DNA from: Andalucia godoyi And28
Taxonomy: Eukaryota; Protista; Jakobida
Direction: 5' to 3'
NCBI GenBank assembly: GCA_009859145.1
Contig: VRVR01000033.1
Span: 235,966 to 299,965, forward strand
DNA length: 64,000 nt
Below are positions 49,341 through 61,700 of this stretch, one piece after another. Both the position numbers and the translations under genes were made by a program. The notes beneath the pieces were generated by a model, which saw only the letters and a program-made list of their open reading frames with translations, made no database searches and was not told the origin of the DNA. Numbering within the stretch: position 1 is the stretch's first letter; every line of letters begins with the position of its first letter.

Positions 49341-51401
49341 ATGTCGGGAGCTGCTCAGGCGTCTTCACAAGGAGCCTCCTCCCTTCCTGCCCTGGATCCC
49401 AACTTGTCCAAGGACGACCGCATCTCGAAGCGACGAGATCGTGTTGAGACTGCTATTTCGGCGAAGCGCGAAGCAGCAGGAGAAGCAGATCGTCGGAACA
49501 AAAGAGAAGCTGAAGATGCACTGAAGCTGACGAGAGGCGAGACACAAGTTCTCGAGTCCGAAGAGAGACTAAACGAAACCGTCGAATCAGGATTGAGTGC
49601 AATTACGCTTATTCGCTTGCAGGGCGATCACGGCGAGAATGAGCGCCGCTTGAATGAAGAGATGAAGAATGAATCGCGGCAGCAAAAACTGATGGAAGAG
49701 GCTTCCAACGCTGCGAAACGCAATGCAGCCATTTCAATGAAATGGTCTACGCTGTATGATGTTGCGGTTCCCCAGGATCTCCAGCAGGAGCTGGACACCC
49801 AGAAAGAAGCTTGTGATCGGGTTGTGGCGTCCAAGGACAGGCTCATCGCCGAGTTCAGGACCGAGTTAAGAGCCAAGGACCAAGAGTATGTGAACGCTCT
49901 TCGGAAACAAGCCGACGACATTGACACGATGATCCACAAAATGCATTCTCACACACGGGAGATGATGGAGTCCTTTGAACAAGAATTGAAGGAGATTGAA
50001 CAGGCGTTCCTGCAAGAGAGAAAAGAACTGTTGGATGCGAATCGAGAAAAACTAGATCAGATGTATGAGCAGCGCCGTCAGCTGGAAAAGGTTCTTCTGG
50101 AGAAGAGACTTCGAAGGGCAGAAGAGCAGAGCGAGGAACTTGACAAGATGCGAGAAAGCGATGCACAGAACTATAGCAGGTTGAAAATCGATCTCCAAAA
50201 GGACATTCAAGAACTCGAACAGGAAGCAGAAGAAATTCGGGCACGGTATCTTCTCAACTCCGAGAAGCTGGATTACAATTTTCAAGTCCTCTCCGAGCGT
50301 GTGGTGGAAAACAAGTTGACCATCACGCAGCACAAGCGGAAGCTAGCGCGACTTCAGGACAACTTGTCTGTAGTGATGGTGAAATGCCAGAAAGCCGAAA
50401 AACAGTACAAGGCCGAAAACAACGAGCTGACAGAGCAGTACAATCGTGTGACGAAGCAATTCAAAGATTTGCAGCTCAAGTTCAAACAGTTTGAGAAGCA
50501 GGATCTCGAGAGGTTCCGAGAAGTGTGGCAAATGAACGAGGAGATTGCATTCGGGCTTATCGAGAAGCTCATGAGCGCGGACAGAGTCATCTCGGAACAG
50601 CAATTGGGGGTGGACTGGAATCCGCCTGCGGATGACCTTTTTGTGTCTGAATTTTCCAAGATGTCACATGATGGAGCGGATGCGAGCCGTCCAGAAGCAA
50701 TGTCCGCATCCTCGGGAACAGGAAGTTCAAAGCTGGCGTCTCGCGCCGGCCGAACAGGAACCGGTATCAATACGCCGGGCCGACCATTGTCGGATAACGT
50801 TCGCAAGATGTTGGAGATGCTGTGTGATGAAGCAGGGTTCTTGGTCGAAGATCGCGTGACTCAGCTGACGCAGAGTCTTCCGGAAGACGAACGGAAGATG
50901 ATTCGCGTAGATTCCATCCTGAAGTCATTAGGCGTTGAGTCGCAACAGGAGGTGGAGTCGATGCTGCCGTACTTTGTGAAGGCTGCGTATGGCGAGGACC
51001 CCAATCGAGCACAGATTATTTCGCGAGAGGATGTTGTTCGAGCTGTCCGCGCTTTTGTCGAAGATCAGCAACGACAGGCGGCTCGGATGGCGTCGACAGT
51101 GACTGTGAGTCTGGAAGAAAAGGCGGAGAAGAAGCGACGAGATCGCGAGAGGAGTTTCTGGGAACGGCTATCCACTGCGATTCCTGAAAATCGTCTTCGG
51201 CTTTGGAATGCTCTTGAGTCCGGGTTAGAGCAGTACAATCAGGTGTTGACGGTGCGCTCGAATTTGCTGGACGACACGGAAACCCTCCGAATGCAAAACC
51301 AAGAGCTACGCTCGTTGCTCAATCAGTACCTACATGCGAAGATTAATGAGGAACTGTACGTACCCCCAGTCCTTGGGGGACAGCAATTGTACAGAAATTA
51401 A
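49341..51401 (+). CDS. DRC1: Dynein regulatory complex protein 1 (CCDC164)
   Basis: QKEACDRVVASKDRLIAEFRTELRAKDQEYV, NSEKLDYNFQVL, C-terminal LWNALESGLEQYNQVL...QNQELRSLLNQYL...ELYVPP. Confidence 0.92.
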   Translation: MSGAAQASSQGASSLPALDPNLSKDDRISKRRDRVETAISAKREAAGEADRRNKREAEDALKLTRGETQVLESEERLNETVESGLSAITLIRLQGDHGENERRLNEEMKNESRQQKLMEEASNAAKRNAAISMKWSTLYDVAVPQDLQQELDTQKEACDRVVASKDRLIAEFRTELRAKDQEYVNALRKQADDIDTMIHKMHSHTREMMESFEQELKEIEQAFLQERKELLDANREKLDQMYEQRRQLEKVLLEKRLRRAEEQSEELDKMRESDAQNYSRLKIDLQKDIQELEQEAEEIRARYLLNSEKLDYNFQVLSERVVENKLTITQHKRKLARLQDNLSVVMVKCQKAEKQYKAENNELTEQYNRVTKQFKDLQLKFKQFEKQDLERFREVWQMNEEIAFGLIEKLMSADRVISEQQLGVDWNPPADDLFVSEFSKMSHDGADASRPEAMSASSGTGSSKLASRAGRTGTGINTPGRPLSDNVRKMLEMLCDEAGFLVEDRVTQLTQSLPEDERKMIRVDSILKSLGVESQQEVESMLPYFVKAAYGEDPNRAQIISREDVVRAVRAFVEDQQRQAARMASTVTVSLEEKAEKKRRDRERSFWERLSTAIPENRLRLWNALESGLEQYNQVLTVRSNLLDDTETLRMQNQELRSLLNQYLHAKINEELYVPPVLGGQQLYRN

Positions 51402-51423
51402 ATTAGTGCACAACATTTTTAAC

Positions 51424-52335
51424 TTACACATTCTTCTTGCGCTTTCCGGCGACTGCTCGCAGAACACGATTTCCTAGCAAAGCCAAGGGAATGGCAACCA
51501 TGCCCAAATGCCGCAAGGTTGTGAAGAAATCGACTTCAATCCAGAAGCGGTACAGGATGTACACGACAACTGCCGACAAAAAGTGAAACGCCAGTGCAAG
51601 AACACCGCCCAACCCCGAAGGAAAAAGACCGAAATCGGGGCGCAGTGCGAGAATTCCGATCATCAGCACTGCGGCAGGAACGAACGAGACCATCGTGAAC
51701 AAATACGCGAGGTACGTGTTCGGACGGGCAGCCTTTGGCCGAAACTCGTGTTGGATATACGGCTTCTCGTCGTAGTAGTTGGCGGTATCCACCGGTTCCG
51801 TCGGGAACGGAAAGTGGTGCTGGAATCGTGGAGGTGAAACCGGAGCGGGGATGTTACCCTCGAAAGCAACCTTGAGAATCTTCTCCCAGACAACGGCCTT
51901 CTTCAAGTTCTTGTCCGCAAGAATAACGTAGACGTCGTAATTGGAGCCATAAATGCCAGATTTCTTTCTCCCGGACACCGTGTTCTTGAACGAAAACGTA
52001 TACTTCCGACCACCTGACGGCTTCAAATCAAACGACACAAACTTGAGACTGTCGGCTGGATCGACGAATCGGATTTGGGCCTGAGAAAGCGTTGACAAGG
52101 TCGCGGAGTCCTTTGCAGACACCGATACGCTAACGTGGAAGAACTCGTTGGGTCCGACAGATTCCACTACAGAAACAGACTTCGGAAATGAAATCGCCCG
52201 TACTGCTGAAACCGCGTCATCGACGGAATTGATGTCCGATGCGGCAAATCGAGCTTCAACACCCGAAAGCTCAATGTTTGCAAACGACAACGCAACGAAA
52301 CTCAGAATTGCACAGAGTGCCAATGCCCGCTTCAT
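51424..52335 (-). CDS. RPN2: Oligosaccharyltransferase subunit ribophorin II / Swp1 (short form)
   Basis: Signal peptide; KPYIQHEFRPKAARP followed by three TM helices ending FFTTL...LGNRVLR. Confidence 0.85.
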   Translation of the reverse strand: MKRALALCAILSFVALSFANIELSGVEARFAASDINSVDDAVSAVRAISFPKSVSVVESVGPNEFFHVSVSVSAKDSATLSTLSQAQIRFVDPADSLKFVSFDLKPSGGRKYTFSFKNTVSGRKKSGIYGSNYDVYVILADKNLKKAVVWEKILKVAFEGNIPAPVSPPRFQHHFPFPTEPVDTANYYDEKPYIQHEFRPKAARPNTYLAYLFTMVSFVPAAVLMIGILALRPDFGLFPSGLGGVLALAFHFLSAVVVYILYRFWIEVDFFTTLRHLGMVAIPLALLGNRVLRAVAGKRKKNV

Positions 52336-52821
52336 TGGTTACCTTGCTTGCTCTTCTACCGTGTTGACAGGAACCTTTTCCACCTAACTTTTCCCTTGGT
52401 AGTTTTTTGTGGGGCAGTAACGAATATACACTTAACTATGCATCCCACACGCATTCTGCTTTTGGAATGCAGAGAAGTGTCTTTGGGGAAAGACCAGCGT
52501 GAAGCGCAGCATCAAGCACGAGGCTCGTACACTACAGCCGTTTTCTGAAAACTTCCACAAAAAATAAAAATAAATAAATAAATAAAATAAACTGAATAAG
52601 ACAGCCAAAAAGCTCGGCGAAGACGTGAAGACTGGAGTGCACACCCAGCACACGTCAGGTAGGTTTGGATGATTCACGCCGTTGGAATGACTTTACTTGG
52701 ATGCACCTGTTTTCTTTGTTTTTGTTTTTGCTCGAGTATGCAAAGAGGGACCATTGCGTTCTCGGTCTGCCAGTGTTTGGGTGTCAAGTCTTTTTTACAT
52801 TCTCGGAACAGCAGAGCTTTC

Positions 52822-54912
52822 CTAGGACGGATTAAACGTAGTCTTTCGCATGAGCAGTGCTCCTCGAGACAGCAGCTGGCGCTCCAATTTCTCCAGTTTT
52901 TCCTTTTCTTGTGATAACGAGTCGTAAGCGTCATGGTGGGCCGCCGAACTGGGTGAAACCGCGGAGACACCGCCGTTTCGAGACCGGGGTGCCCTGGTAC
53001 GACTCGGTTTGTCTGCTACGCGCGATTGTGAAATGGAAGGAGACGGACACTGCGCCTCTGGCCGCACAACATGCCGGTGATACGAGGAAGGTGCAGAAAA
53101 TTGGTGCGGACTGCGTCGCTGAATGGCTGGAGACAAGTCTGCGTCCGGCTCTCGAAATCTTTGCGATTGGCCGAGAGAGCCCGTGAACTGCTCTGCGAGA
53201 GGTGGCGGACGAAAAGAATGTTCCGGAGAGTGGGAGTGTGCTTCCTGACGGTTGAGGTACCTCGAAGCTAGTTCCAGTCCTCGTTTCTCCTCGTCTACGA
53301 GCTCTTGTTCGGCCTCAAGACGCACTTGCCAATCGGAGAGAGAATTCTCAAAATCAATCAGTGAATCACTCCTGTCGTTCAGCCTTGATTCCTCCAGCTC
53401 AAGATAGCCAAGACGACGCCGTAAGTTTGTACAAGAGCGAACGAGCATGACAACGACACTGCTGATTCCGGACAGAAGCGAAACCGTTTCTGCCCTCGAA
53501 ATGTTCTCCGTGTTGTCTTTCATTTCAAGAATTGCAATCCCCTTTTGCAGTTCTTGCAGTGATGAATGAACTTGATTAATCGCCGCGTTGTCATCGTCGA
53601 CCCCCTGCTCTTCAGTTGGCGAGCACACATATTCTCTTGGCTGTGCACTTTCAGTGTTCGAAACGGACATCTCCATTGAAGACTTGGCACGTATTGTAGC
53701 CAGCGGAGATCTTTGGGGGGAGGAATCCGACAGAGTTGAAGAAGTCGTGGCTGCTGAATTTGACACGACGGAGGATCTGGAAAACCGCGGACGTGCAGCA
53801 GCAGTTCTTGGACGATTGCGAGCAGCAGCAGCTGGAGAACGAGGAGACCGCGGGGATCGAGAAGATCCAGAAGCATCTAGGAACTGTGGAAATGTACAGA
53901 GCAACGGTGGCATCCCCTGAATCGACGATATACTCATCAACAAGAACCGTCCATCTTCTCCACGAATGAAGTTCATCTTTGATCCAGTTGGAGAAAAAAA
54001 GAACGTGGCTTCAACGTGTCGATGAACGTCCAAGACAAGATTTTTCAGTTCACTGACAAAAATCTCGGGAACCGTCGAAGATGGCTCACGAGGCCTCGAA
54101 GGGGCCTCCTCCGGGGACGCTTGAACTCCAGCACCGACGACACTTTCCGAGTCATCATCGTACACAAACGTGGCAATTTCATCATCTTCCGTGGACTGCG
54201 ATGACACTGGTGAGGACGCAATCGGCTGCAGCGGCTGGGATGCAACAGGAGTCTGAGAACGTGCAGCATCGAGAATCCCCACGCTAGCTCTACCACTGCG
54301 AGGTTTGGCACTCGGAATTGCACTGCTACTTGTGCGATGTGAAATCCAGTGTCCCCGTTTCTCCGATTGCACTTCAAAAACAATATCTACTTCCGATTTT
54401 GAGCCTTCCGGACCCAACAACGCAGGCCTTTCTCGACGGCGGTGGGATGCAGTATAGACAAGATCGTCCGCAGAAGGCGCATACATTTGGAGGACAAAGC
54501 TCGCGTACATTTCATCAGAGGCAGACGGGGCTGATTTTGAAGCATATGCACCTAGCTTGTCCACCAGTATCATGAAGTCCTTCTCGGACAAAATGCGGGA
54601 CCCGGGCTTGCGAAACTCTGTCGCAACTCGAGTCAAGGGTGCTTTCGTGTTGCTCGGAAATTGCGCATTGCTGTAGGAGACGCTTTCCTGGGAAAATGCA
54701 TCCTGAGCATGTCGGAGAAACCTGCGATGAACATTCTTCAATGTATACAATGATGGATCTCGGGAAGCCAATTTTCCGTCATCTGCAGTGTATATCCAAC
54801 TTGTGATTTTCCCTTTCTGAAATAGCACGGTTTCCGGAATGCGGATCCGCGGTCGGTGAGCACTGTGCGAACAGAGAACGGAAAACAAAAGCGATTTCTC
54901 ATCACCTATCAT
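52822..54912 (-). CDS. Hypothetical protein (globular N-terminus, Ser-rich linker, coiled coil)
   Basis: 696-aa ATG-initiated ORF; IRIPETVLFQKGKITSWIYT start suggests a folded domain, family not recognised. Confidence 0.75.
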   Translation of the reverse strand: MIGDEKSLLFSVLCSHSAHRPRIRIPETVLFQKGKITSWIYTADDGKLASRDPSLYTLKNVHRRFLRHAQDAFSQESVSYSNAQFPSNTKAPLTRVATEFRKPGSRILSEKDFMILVDKLGAYASKSAPSASDEMYASFVLQMYAPSADDLVYTASHRRRERPALLGPEGSKSEVDIVFEVQSEKRGHWISHRTSSSAIPSAKPRSGRASVGILDAARSQTPVASQPLQPIASSPVSSQSTEDDEIATFVYDDDSESVVGAGVQASPEEAPSRPREPSSTVPEIFVSELKNLVLDVHRHVEATFFFSPTGSKMNFIRGEDGRFLLMSISSIQGMPPLLCTFPQFLDASGSSRSPRSPRSPAAAARNRPRTAAARPRFSRSSVVSNSAATTSSTLSDSSPQRSPLATIRAKSSMEMSVSNTESAQPREYVCSPTEEQGVDDDNAAINQVHSSLQELQKGIAILEMKDNTENISRAETVSLLSGISSVVVMLVRSCTNLRRRLGYLELEESRLNDRSDSLIDFENSLSDWQVRLEAEQELVDEEKRGLELASRYLNRQEAHSHSPEHSFRPPPLAEQFTGSLGQSQRFREPDADLSPAIQRRSPHQFSAPSSYHRHVVRPEAQCPSPSISQSRVADKPSRTRAPRSRNGGVSAVSPSSAAHHDAYDSLSQEKEKLEKLERQLLSRGALLMRKTTFNPS

Positions 54913-55193
54913 GTCTGGACGCGAGGTCGATAGAGAGCACGATTGGGGGGCAGTATATTTTAGTGAATTTCTTCTTTTTTTCTTTTTTCTGGTGTAACTC
55001 TAACAGTCTTTGGAAAGAAAAAAGAAGAACCAAAAGAAAATAAAGAATAAATAAAGAATTAATAAGAATGCTATCGCAAACGTCTGGCGGGTTTCTTTTC
55101 TTTTCTGTTCGTGAATCGTTTGTGCCTCAAAATGGAAAAGTACGACATTTTACGACGGCTTGAGAAACAGCAGGATCATATTCGACATGTGCA

Positions 55194-55449
55194 CGCCTAC
55201 ATTGGACACTAACCACGGATAATCATCGCCGATCACCCATAATCAATGCTGCAACCCAGCAACATGCATAATGCAACGCGGTGGCGTATTTACATAGGGA
55301 TTTCATGATCAAAATGGGGCGAAACGAATCGGGCATCGTATGACGGAGTTGCTAAGATAACAGACGCATGGCGCATGGCGCGTGGCAGTGTTCCTGTTTT
55401 GGTGCGCTTCAGATGGCTTCATCATATCGAAAAAAGAGGCAGCGGTACC
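55194..55449 (-). mobile_element. Repeat family A copy 2
   Basis: Reverse complement of 7613-7859 with few substitutions and a 7-bp internal duplication; right end ...AATGTAGGCG at 55194. Confidence 0.75.
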
Positions 55450-55498
55450 GCGCTGCCCCGTGCATGTCTCGTTATTTCTGCCGTCGCTTGCCAAAACA

Positions 55499-55998
55499 TG
55501 AATCATCATTGATCATCGGCTCAGCTGTGATCGAGGACAGACCCAATCCATGTGCCTTTTGTTTTTACTCTACATCAAAGAGTCATCGCAGCCAACATAT
55601 TCCCCCCATACGATTCAACATTCAAAAATTGAAATGTTGAAATGTTGGAGGAAACAGAATGTGGCCGGCGGCGCTGCACATCGCATCCGCAATTCTCACG
55701 TGCGCATCGTGTGGCTGATTTTCAATACGGTGTGACACATCGATCACATCCTCGTGATATGATCATCCGCAGTTTGATCAACAAGGTGCGGCGAGAGGGA
55801 ATCAACCGGTTTCTTGGTTCTCGGTATCCTCGGGCATGGTCGGTTTGCGTTTGCAGAGAAGATTCCTCTCTGGAGCCATGGGTGTTTGTCCTTGATGAAA
55901 GGTGCCGCTTGAGGGTTCGATTACAAAAGACAAAACAAACAGAAGGAACATCAGAGAGAGAACGAAAAGTGGACTTGACTACGGTAAGAGAATCGCGT
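55499..55998. repeat. Repeat family C copy 2
   Basis: Direct copy of 13097-13605. Confidence 0.85.
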
Positions 55999-56132
55999 TC
56001 GGCGGGGGGTTGGGTTTAGGTGTAAAAAAAAACTTTTGGTTTGATGTTGTTCAATGATGATACACAAAAAAGGGTCAATCGTGCGTGCGCATTGCCTCCT
56101 TGTATGCCGTGTGTGTTTTGCGCAAGAAAAAG

Positions 56133-58037
56133 ATGGAACGGTCTGTGCCTTGTGGAGCCTATATTTTTCTTTTGTTGCTGTTGCTGATGTGTTTGACCGT
56201 GATTCACGGTCTGGCCTCAGCATCTGTACGAGAGGTGATCTCGGCGCTGCATTCGAGGGTTTCGGAAGCCCGCTTCAAGCGCGATACACAAGCAATTTTC
56301 CCTGTTCAGTGGCTGGAGATGAAAGGACTCTATCCGTCCTTTGTCCATTTCAACTTTGCCGGAAATGATGTAGATGCTTCGATGCTGCGACGGGACTTCA
56401 AGATTCTTGATAACAACGCGTTTGTCGCATCGTTTGTGCTTGATGCATTGCTTCAGGCACATGCCCTTGGCACCATCACTCTGCAGGAAGAAGAAGAAGT
56501 ACTGCCGACCATACAGAGTATCCTTTCTTTTAAAGACAAGAACATGCCGAATCCGAATGTTCCCCTCTTTTCATTCTGGCCACAGAAGCTGCAAACATCT
56601 GGCAACAAAACCGCATTTGCTCCGTGGGCTACTAACTTGGCGATCGGTTTCCAAGAGGAGGGATCCATTTCAGGCGCAGTGCATAAAGTACTGATTGCTA
56701 TGGGGGCCGCAAATCTATGGGAAAAGTATTTTGAACCGCTGCAGGAGAGCATGGAGAGCATGCGAGACGCGTTTGCGATTCCTGCCGATGCAGATGACTC
56801 GGGATGCAATCTGGCCCTTGGCTCAAGAATCTATGCCTTGGGCAAGGCTTTCCCTTCCTCATCTGCGCTTTGGAGGAGTAATACGAAGGATTGGGCGCAG
56901 ATGCTCCAGAAGATTACGGACGTCGCATGGATCCCGCAATCGTCAAAAATTGATCCTCGATCTTACTTCTTGTATGCAAAGTACCTATCCGAGGATCCCG
57001 ATACAAGGAGATCGTGCAGGTATGTCTCAACCTGGGCGATGTCGTTTGCAGAGGACGCTGCTCTTCATCCCGTACTCTCTATGCCTTTCCAAGTGAACAA
57101 CGTTGATCTGGCTGTGACATCCAACTTTCTGTTTGGTTCCATTTCAAGGATCCTCGATGAAGACGGCTGGGTCGATGTCACTAACGACACATTGCACATG
57201 ATTGGCTGTTCTTTTGACTTGGTATCGTGGGCTGTTCTGAACAAGGTCCCCTTGGAGCGCCCCGATTTGGCACTGGTATACTATCCGTCGCTCTTTGATT
57301 TTTACTATTTTCTCGGTCGTCTTGTCCGTTTAGTATCCACGAATCCTTTGTTTTTAAAGGCACCGAGCTCCGTCAAGTCCGCTGCGTATGCATTTGCCGA
57401 TGTTGCGCGCTCCGTCATTGCAGATCAGCTTGCGGATTCTCGAAAGACCCCGTCCGAAGGCTTCGCATGCTGGGATGACTTTTTGGGGAATGCAGACACA
57501 CCGATTCCCCACTATGATGATCGGTTGTTCTCCTCTGCACTTGCGCTAAGTGCGCTGATCGATTCGTGGGCAGTGTCGGACGCTTCTTTGCGCTCCGATA
57601 CACCAGAAGTTGTGGTGCAGATGATCAATCAGTCGGCATTCTTTATACAAGAATCCGTCCTCTCCGGATCATTAAAACTCGAAAATGCGTTCTTTTCAGG
57701 GTCCGCAAAGGGTATGAGCTCACTGCCGTTTTGGTATCCAATGACGTATTCGGCATATTTGAACGGAACGCACATATCCCCCGAGGACATCTCCAGCATC
57801 ACAGACGAGTTGGTGTGTGCAGTGGATTCTTTCGTGTCGTGGACCGATTATTCGGCGCTTCTCTCCAAGGAGTGGTTTGGTCAGCCTGTTCCATCGGCCT
57901 TTCCTGGTTACAACAGCGATTCCTTTCCTTTCTGGTCTTCCCCTGTGCTGACAGAGGCAATTTCACTGATGGCGCTCAGCAAGTACGCCGTGCTCGTCGA
58001 CTCGCACCACAGCACTTCCCTTCTGCGTCAGGAATAA
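56133..58037 (+). CDS. Secreted/membrane-anchored protein with a DxDD motif; possible (alpha/alpha)6 class II terpene-cyclase/prenyltransferase-like fold
   Basis: Hydrophobic N-terminal signal; IPADADDSG, NNVDLAVTSNFL, YYPSLFDFYYFLGRL motifs; fold assignment is inference. Confidence 0.7.
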   Translation: MERSVPCGAYIFLLLLLLMCLTVIHGLASASVREVISALHSRVSEARFKRDTQAIFPVQWLEMKGLYPSFVHFNFAGNDVDASMLRRDFKILDNNAFVASFVLDALLQAHALGTITLQEEEEVLPTIQSILSFKDKNMPNPNVPLFSFWPQKLQTSGNKTAFAPWATNLAIGFQEEGSISGAVHKVLIAMGAANLWEKYFEPLQESMESMRDAFAIPADADDSGCNLALGSRIYALGKAFPSSSALWRSNTKDWAQMLQKITDVAWIPQSSKIDPRSYFLYAKYLSEDPDTRRSCRYVSTWAMSFAEDAALHPVLSMPFQVNNVDLAVTSNFLFGSISRILDEDGWVDVTNDTLHMIGCSFDLVSWAVLNKVPLERPDLALVYYPSLFDFYYFLGRLVRLVSTNPLFLKAPSSVKSAAYAFADVARSVIADQLADSRKTPSEGFACWDDFLGNADTPIPHYDDRLFSSALALSALIDSWAVSDASLRSDTPEVVVQMINQSAFFIQESVLSGSLKLENAFFSGSAKGMSSLPFWYPMTYSAYLNGTHISPEDISSITDELVCAVDSFVSWTDYSALLSKEWFGQPVPSAFPGYNSDSFPFWSSPVLTEAISLMALSKYAVLVDSHHSTSLLRQE

Positions 58038-58700
58038 AAGAGGCTGGTTCATTCAATACCCGAATACGGGATTCATAAAAAAATGTCATCTTGTTGTTGC
58101 TGTTGTTGCCGTCGCTGTCGACTCGTCGTCGGCGATCATGCGAGGGGCCCCGAGGGCTTTTTTCGGAAGGAGCGGGGCCGGGCAAACACGAGCATGTGCA
58201 TCGCAGATTTTCTCAATGAAACTGCTTCTTTTGTGATTTGTGCGAGCAAAAACAGCCTGCGTCTCAAGAAGGGCCACGCAGAATGTCGGCACATTCTTGA
58301 TGACGCTGGACATAGTCAAAAGCCACCATAGCGCTGACAGTTCGTTGCAAACCGGGTGCACGTGCATGCAAAATATACAATAGCGTGCGCACGGATCCGC
58401 ATGCTGACAAGCAAAATGACTTGTCAAGTTGAAATTGCATGCGATCAAATCGAACCGAATGCGTGATCGGGTTCACGGTTCAACCTTCGGCAAGTCTTTG
58501 TGCCTCGTCTCGAAAAATGAAAAGTTCACGGGACTTTCCCGCAGGATCACAATTCAAAAAGGGTTTCTTTTCGTTTTGGTTTACTTTTCCAGTCGACAAT
58601 CCATATTTGATAACTCTGCAAGCACGTTCTATTTTTCTTTTTCTTTCTTTTTAATTTTTTTTTTTGGGCGAGCGGATCTCCGACGTTTAAGCTTGCATAA

Positions 58701-61700
58701 ATGAGCACAATGAGCGGTCCTCACGGGAGCAGCGGCGGCACTTGTCCGTTCGCGAGCATGGGTGCTGCGTTTTCCAACTCAAATGTGCCGTTGTTTTCCT
58801 CTCTGGGATCAATGGACTTCAAGAGCAAGATTCCTTCGCCTGGAAGTAGGCAGGCCCAGACCTGTACGTCTCCAACTCCTTCTGCTGGAGAAATTCATGT
58901 CGCGGAAGACTTGGGCTCCGGGTTTCTCACCGTATTTCACGCTGTTCCTTGCCCTGTCTTGCTTATCTACAACAATGTCGTCGAAGACAACCGCGAGATT
59001 GTTCTCGCCAATAGGTTTGCAGAACAAGTTTTTGAATCTCGTCGCGGTTGTCTGGACCCTTCTGAGCGCGCCGCCAGTCTCGTCGGACACCGTCTCAAAG
59101 ATGTTATTTCAGTTCTGAACCCGTCCAGCCATGCGGAAGACCAGAAGCTTTCTTTTGTCTCCATTCCTCCAGATGCAAAGTACATGATCGTCACAATTCC
59201 CGACGAAACGTGGAGGCTGCGTGCAGAAGAGGATTTCCAGTTGGCGGTGGAAGCTGCACCGAATGCAATGATCATGGTCGATCACGAAGGTCGCATATTG
59301 CTGGTAAACTCGCAAACGGAAAAGGTCTTTGGTTGGCTTCGCGATGAGCTGCTTGGGAATTCGATTGAAATGCTCATCCCAGTGCGATTCCGCGGGGATC
59401 ACCCGTCGTTCCGGCAGCAGTTTATGAAGCATCCATCGACCAGGGCCATGGGAGCAACCAGGGATCTCAGTGGCTTGCACAAGGATGGCCGAGAGATTCC
59501 AGTTGAAGTTGGGCTAAATCCGATTTTTCCTCACGACGGATCTCGAGATGGAGTTCGTGTGCTCGCTTCCGTTATCGACATCACCGAGAGAAAACGCGTC
59601 GAACAGGAAGAAGCCCGTGCACGCAAGGCGGCTCTCGAAGCAGAGCTTGCGAACGCAAGAGAAAAGACGCACGCAGAGTTTCTTGCTCGCATGAGTCATG
59701 AAATCCGCACCCCGTTGAACGCGGTGATCGGCCTTACGGAGTTCCTCTTGTATCACACAGAATTGTCCGCTGAGCAAAAGGAGTACGCGGAAACGGTACG
59801 CGGAGCTGGAGCAGCGTTGCTGTCCACAGTCAATGACATTCTGGATTTTTCGAAGCTTGAAGCTGGTAGCTGTGGAATCGAGATTGTCGATTTTGATGTT
59901 GCGGCTGTTATTCAGAACGCTCTGGGCTTGATTGCCGGTCGCGCCCATATCAAGCATTTAGGTCTTGTCCAAATAATAGATGCGCGAGTTCCAGTTCGTG
60001 TTCGTGGAGATCCGTCGCGTCTCCTCCAGATCATTTTGAATCTCGTCGGAAATGCATGCAAATTCACCGACCAAGGTGGCGTGACAGTGACGATCATGCG
60101 AGATGTCCATCCGGAGGACAATTTCCATGCGCCGTTGAATCTCCGGCAAGAAGATGACGAGAAGGTTGATCCCGCAGACGTCGTAAGCTCGATTTTCCAA
60201 GACCCCTCTTCTGTTATTTGGCTTACGTTTACTGTAACCGATACGGGAATTGGAATTCCAGGTGATCGTCGTCAGTTCCTCTTTAAGCCATTCTCTCAAG
60301 CAGATGTTTCTACCACAAGAAGGTACGGTGGTACTGGTCTCGGGCTAGCGATTGTGAAGCGCATCGTGGACGCATTCCACGGAACCGTTGATGTGGAAAC
60401 TCCCAGTGGTCCCGGTACCTCGTTTGTTGTCCGTCTTCCGTTTCTTTCTGCGGGCGCTTCCTCGGACGCCCCCGCCTCCGATTTTCCCAATGATAATGCC
60501 CGCTGGTTCATGGATGGTGAGCTTTCTTGGGAAAAAGCGATCTCGCCTGCCAGGACTCTCCGTCTGTTCGTGGCGGATGATTGTGAAATCGATCGTATCG
60601 GTCTCGTTGCTCAGCTTTCGAAGCACTGGAAAATCAATACGGATTCTCGTGGGGACCTGAGGTCCGATTTGCAAGGAACACTGGAGTATTTATTAGCGAG
60701 GGCGACTGCGTACGATGTCATCATCATAAGCCCCCCAGCACTTGATTTGCAATCCCCCAAAAACGACGGTTCTGCATCTCCGGAGGCGGAAGACGGCGTG
60801 AAGCACACCACATTGCCTGGGAATTTTGGAAGCGTTGACGTGGACTGGAATGGGTTCCGTGCGAGTCTGAAAGCGGTTAATGGATCTTGTATTGTTGCGT
60901 GGCTTACCAGTCTGTCTGATCCCTCTCTGTGGGTCCCGCTGAATGAGGAAATGGGCGATCGAGTGTTTACCAAGCCGCTGCAGCCAGAGGCGTTGGCTAC
61001 GTTCCTCGTCGGAGTTGCTAGGAACGCTGCGCACCACCCTGAGCGTGGAACACCGAGGATTCACCATCATAGTGGAAAAGGAGATGCCCAGGAAGAGAAA
61101 GCTTTACAGACGACCATTCCTTGTCGTCGAGGAAGAATACTTCTGGTGGAAGACAATCCTGTCAATCAAAAGGTTGCGCTGCTTATGCTCAAACGCATCG
61201 GATATGTGGGCGACGACCATATCATTGTCGCCGAAAACGGGGAAGAAGCGATTTCCAAATTGCGACAGGAAAGTTCTACGTTTGCTTTCGACGTAATTCT
61301 TATGGATTGCCAGATGCCTGTCATGGACGGCTTCGCTGCAACGCGGGAGATTCGTCTTTTCGAAAGGCGGCATGGTCCTTTTTCCTTGGCCAGCGACGAA
61401 AACGTGACAATTGGGGTGCCAATCATTGCGATGACTGCACATGCTCTGAAAGGTGATCGTGAGCGTTGTTTGACGGCGGGCATGGACGATTATCTGTCGA
61501 AGCCTGTGGACGCAAAGAAACTGGAGTGCTTGCTCAAAAAATACGACACTGCGCTTCGAGAATCTCTGGTCGAATACATCAAGAATGTGATCTTGGATGG
61601 AGATGTGGATGCTTTTGAGGAGGTTGTGACGTCGTTTTTGAACAGCACTCCTGCAATTATGGACCAGCTTCGCAAAGACATTGCCGATCGATCTGCAGGA

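Noticed and set aside
58264-58360. AFDYVQRHQECADILR resembles the end of an ankyrin repeat
   Set aside because: A single short match with no supporting ORF or neighbouring repeats
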